Positions 62,878 to 64,000 of a DNA stretch of 64,000 nt are shown piece by piece. The number at the start of each line of letters is the position of its first letter. Positions within the stretch are counted from its first letter, which is position 1. The notes beneath the pieces were generated by a model that was not told where the DNA came from, did not search any database, and saw only the letters and a program-made list of their open reading frames with translations. This DNA is from Mobula hypostoma (taxonomy: Eukaryota): positions 157,296,001 through 157,360,000 of the forward strand of contig NC_086097.1 in NCBI RefSeq assembly GCF_963921235.1, read 5' to 3'. The position numbers were made by a program, and so were the translations under genes.

Positions 62878-62959
62878 GGTGACTTTAAACTAGAATGGCT
62901 GGGGGGTGGGAATCAAATTAAAGAGGCTAGGCGTGAGGAGGTTAGTTCACAACAGGGGG

Positions 62960-64000
62960 ATGGGAACCAGTGCAGAGAGACAGGGGTGTAAAGTGAGGGT
63001 AGAAGCAAAATGTACTAAGGGAAAAAGTAAAAGTGGCAGGCCGACAAATCCAGGGCAAGCATTAAAAAGGGCCACTTTTCAACATAATTGTATAAGGGCT
63101 AAGAGAGTTGTAAAAGAGTGCCTGAAGGCTTTGTGTGTCAATGCAAGGAGCATTCGTAATAAGGTGGATGAATTGAAAGTGCAGATTGTTATTAATGATT
63201 ATGATATAGTTGGGATCACAGAGACATGGCTCCAGGGTGACCAGGGATGGGAGCTCAACGTTCAGGGATATTCAATATTCAGGAGGGATAGACGTGAAGG
63301 AAGGGGAGGTGGGGTGGCGTTGCTGGTTAAAGAAGAGATTAATGCAATAGAAAGGAAGGACATAAGCCGGGAAGATGTGGAATCGATATGGGTAGAGCTG
63401 CGTAACACTAAGGAGCAGAAGACGCTGGTGGGAGTTGTGTACAGGCCACCTAACAGTAGTAGTGTGGTCGGAGATGGTATTAAACAGGAAATTAGAAACG
63501 TATGCAATAAAGGAACAGCAGTTATAATGGGTGACTTCAATCTACATGTAGATTGGGTGAACCAAATTGGTAAAGGTGCTGAGGAAGAGGATTTCTTGGA
63601 ATGTATGCGGGATGGTTTTTTGAACCAACATGTCGAGGAACCAACGAGAGAGCAGGCTATTCTGGACTGGGTTTTAAGCAATGAGGAAAGGTTAATTAGC
63701 AATCTTGTCGTGAGAGGCCCCTTGGGTAAGAGTGACCATAATATGGTGGAATTCTTCATTAAGATGGAGAGTGACATAGTTAATTCAGAAACAAAGGTTC
63801 TGAACTTAAAGAGAGGTAACTTTGAAGGTATGAGACGTGAATTAGCTAAGGTAGACTGGCAAATGTCGCTGAAAGGATTGACGGTGGATATGCAATGGCA
63901 AACATTTAAAGGTTGCATGGATGAACTACAACAATTGTTCATCCCAGTTTGGCACAAGAATAAATCAAGGAAGGTAGTGCACCCGTGGCTGACAAGAGAA
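62960..64000 (+). CDS. CR1 ORF2 N-terminus (APE endonuclease), open to the window end; true start uncertain
   Basis: Manual translation shows no stop: NARS, ITETW, GGGV, YRPP, GDFN, LDWV, SDH. Missing from the ORF track, presumably because it has no stop in the window. Confidence 0.9.
   Translation, partial: MGTSAERQGCKVRVEAKCTKGKSKSGRPTNPGQALKRATFQHNCIRAKRVVKECLKALCVNARSIRNKVDELKVQIVINDYDIVGITETWLQGDQGWELNVQGYSIFRRDRREGRGGGVALLVKEEINAIERKDISREDVESIWVELRNTKEQKTLVGVVYRPPNSSSVVGDGIKQEIRNVCNKGTAVIMGDFNLHVDWVNQIGKGAEEEDFLECMRDGFLNQHVEEPTREQAILDWVLSNEERLISNLVVRGPLGKSDHNMVEFFIKMESDIVNSETKVLNLKRGNFEGMRRELAKVDWQMSLKGLTVDMQWQTFKGCMDELQQLFIPVWHKNKSRKVVHPWLTRE

Larger units (their letters stand above)
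61613..64000 (+). mobile_element. Young CR1 LINE with 5' UTR, ORF1 and start of ORF2; runs off the window
   Basis: CpG-rich 5' UTR, esterase ORF1, APE endonuclease; same family as 22160-24200. Confidence 0.96.

Overview
This is a eukaryotic, AT-rich, repeat-dense window in which I recognise no host protein-coding gene, so it is probably intergenic or deep intronic. The repeat mix (esterase-ORF1 CR1 LINEs, V-domain and Deu-domain SINEs, abundant Penelope termini) suggests a cartilaginous fish, probably a ray; this is inference only. Nearly all recognisable ORFs are transposon remnants: CR1, Rex/Babar, RTE, R4/Dong-type REL LINE, Penelope (RT + GIY-YIG), a Gypsy LTR relic, Tc1 and Tigger. Four observations stand out. 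(1) The commonest short repeat, about 15 copies, is a Penelope terminal repeat carrying a minimal hammerhead ribozyme, and it also occurs as TSD-flanked ~200-bp fold-back units. (2) An in-frame T_TTA_AAC slippery heptamer sits at the ORF1 end of two divergent CR1 families, suggesting -1 frameshifting into ORF2. (3) Several insertion scars are clearly readable: twin-priming-like inversions, a 31-bp junction stutter and a CpG-decayed TSD. (4) A 22-bp hairpin appears to have arisen inside an old LINE. Boundaries of old elements are approximate, and family names come from motif recognition, not database searches.
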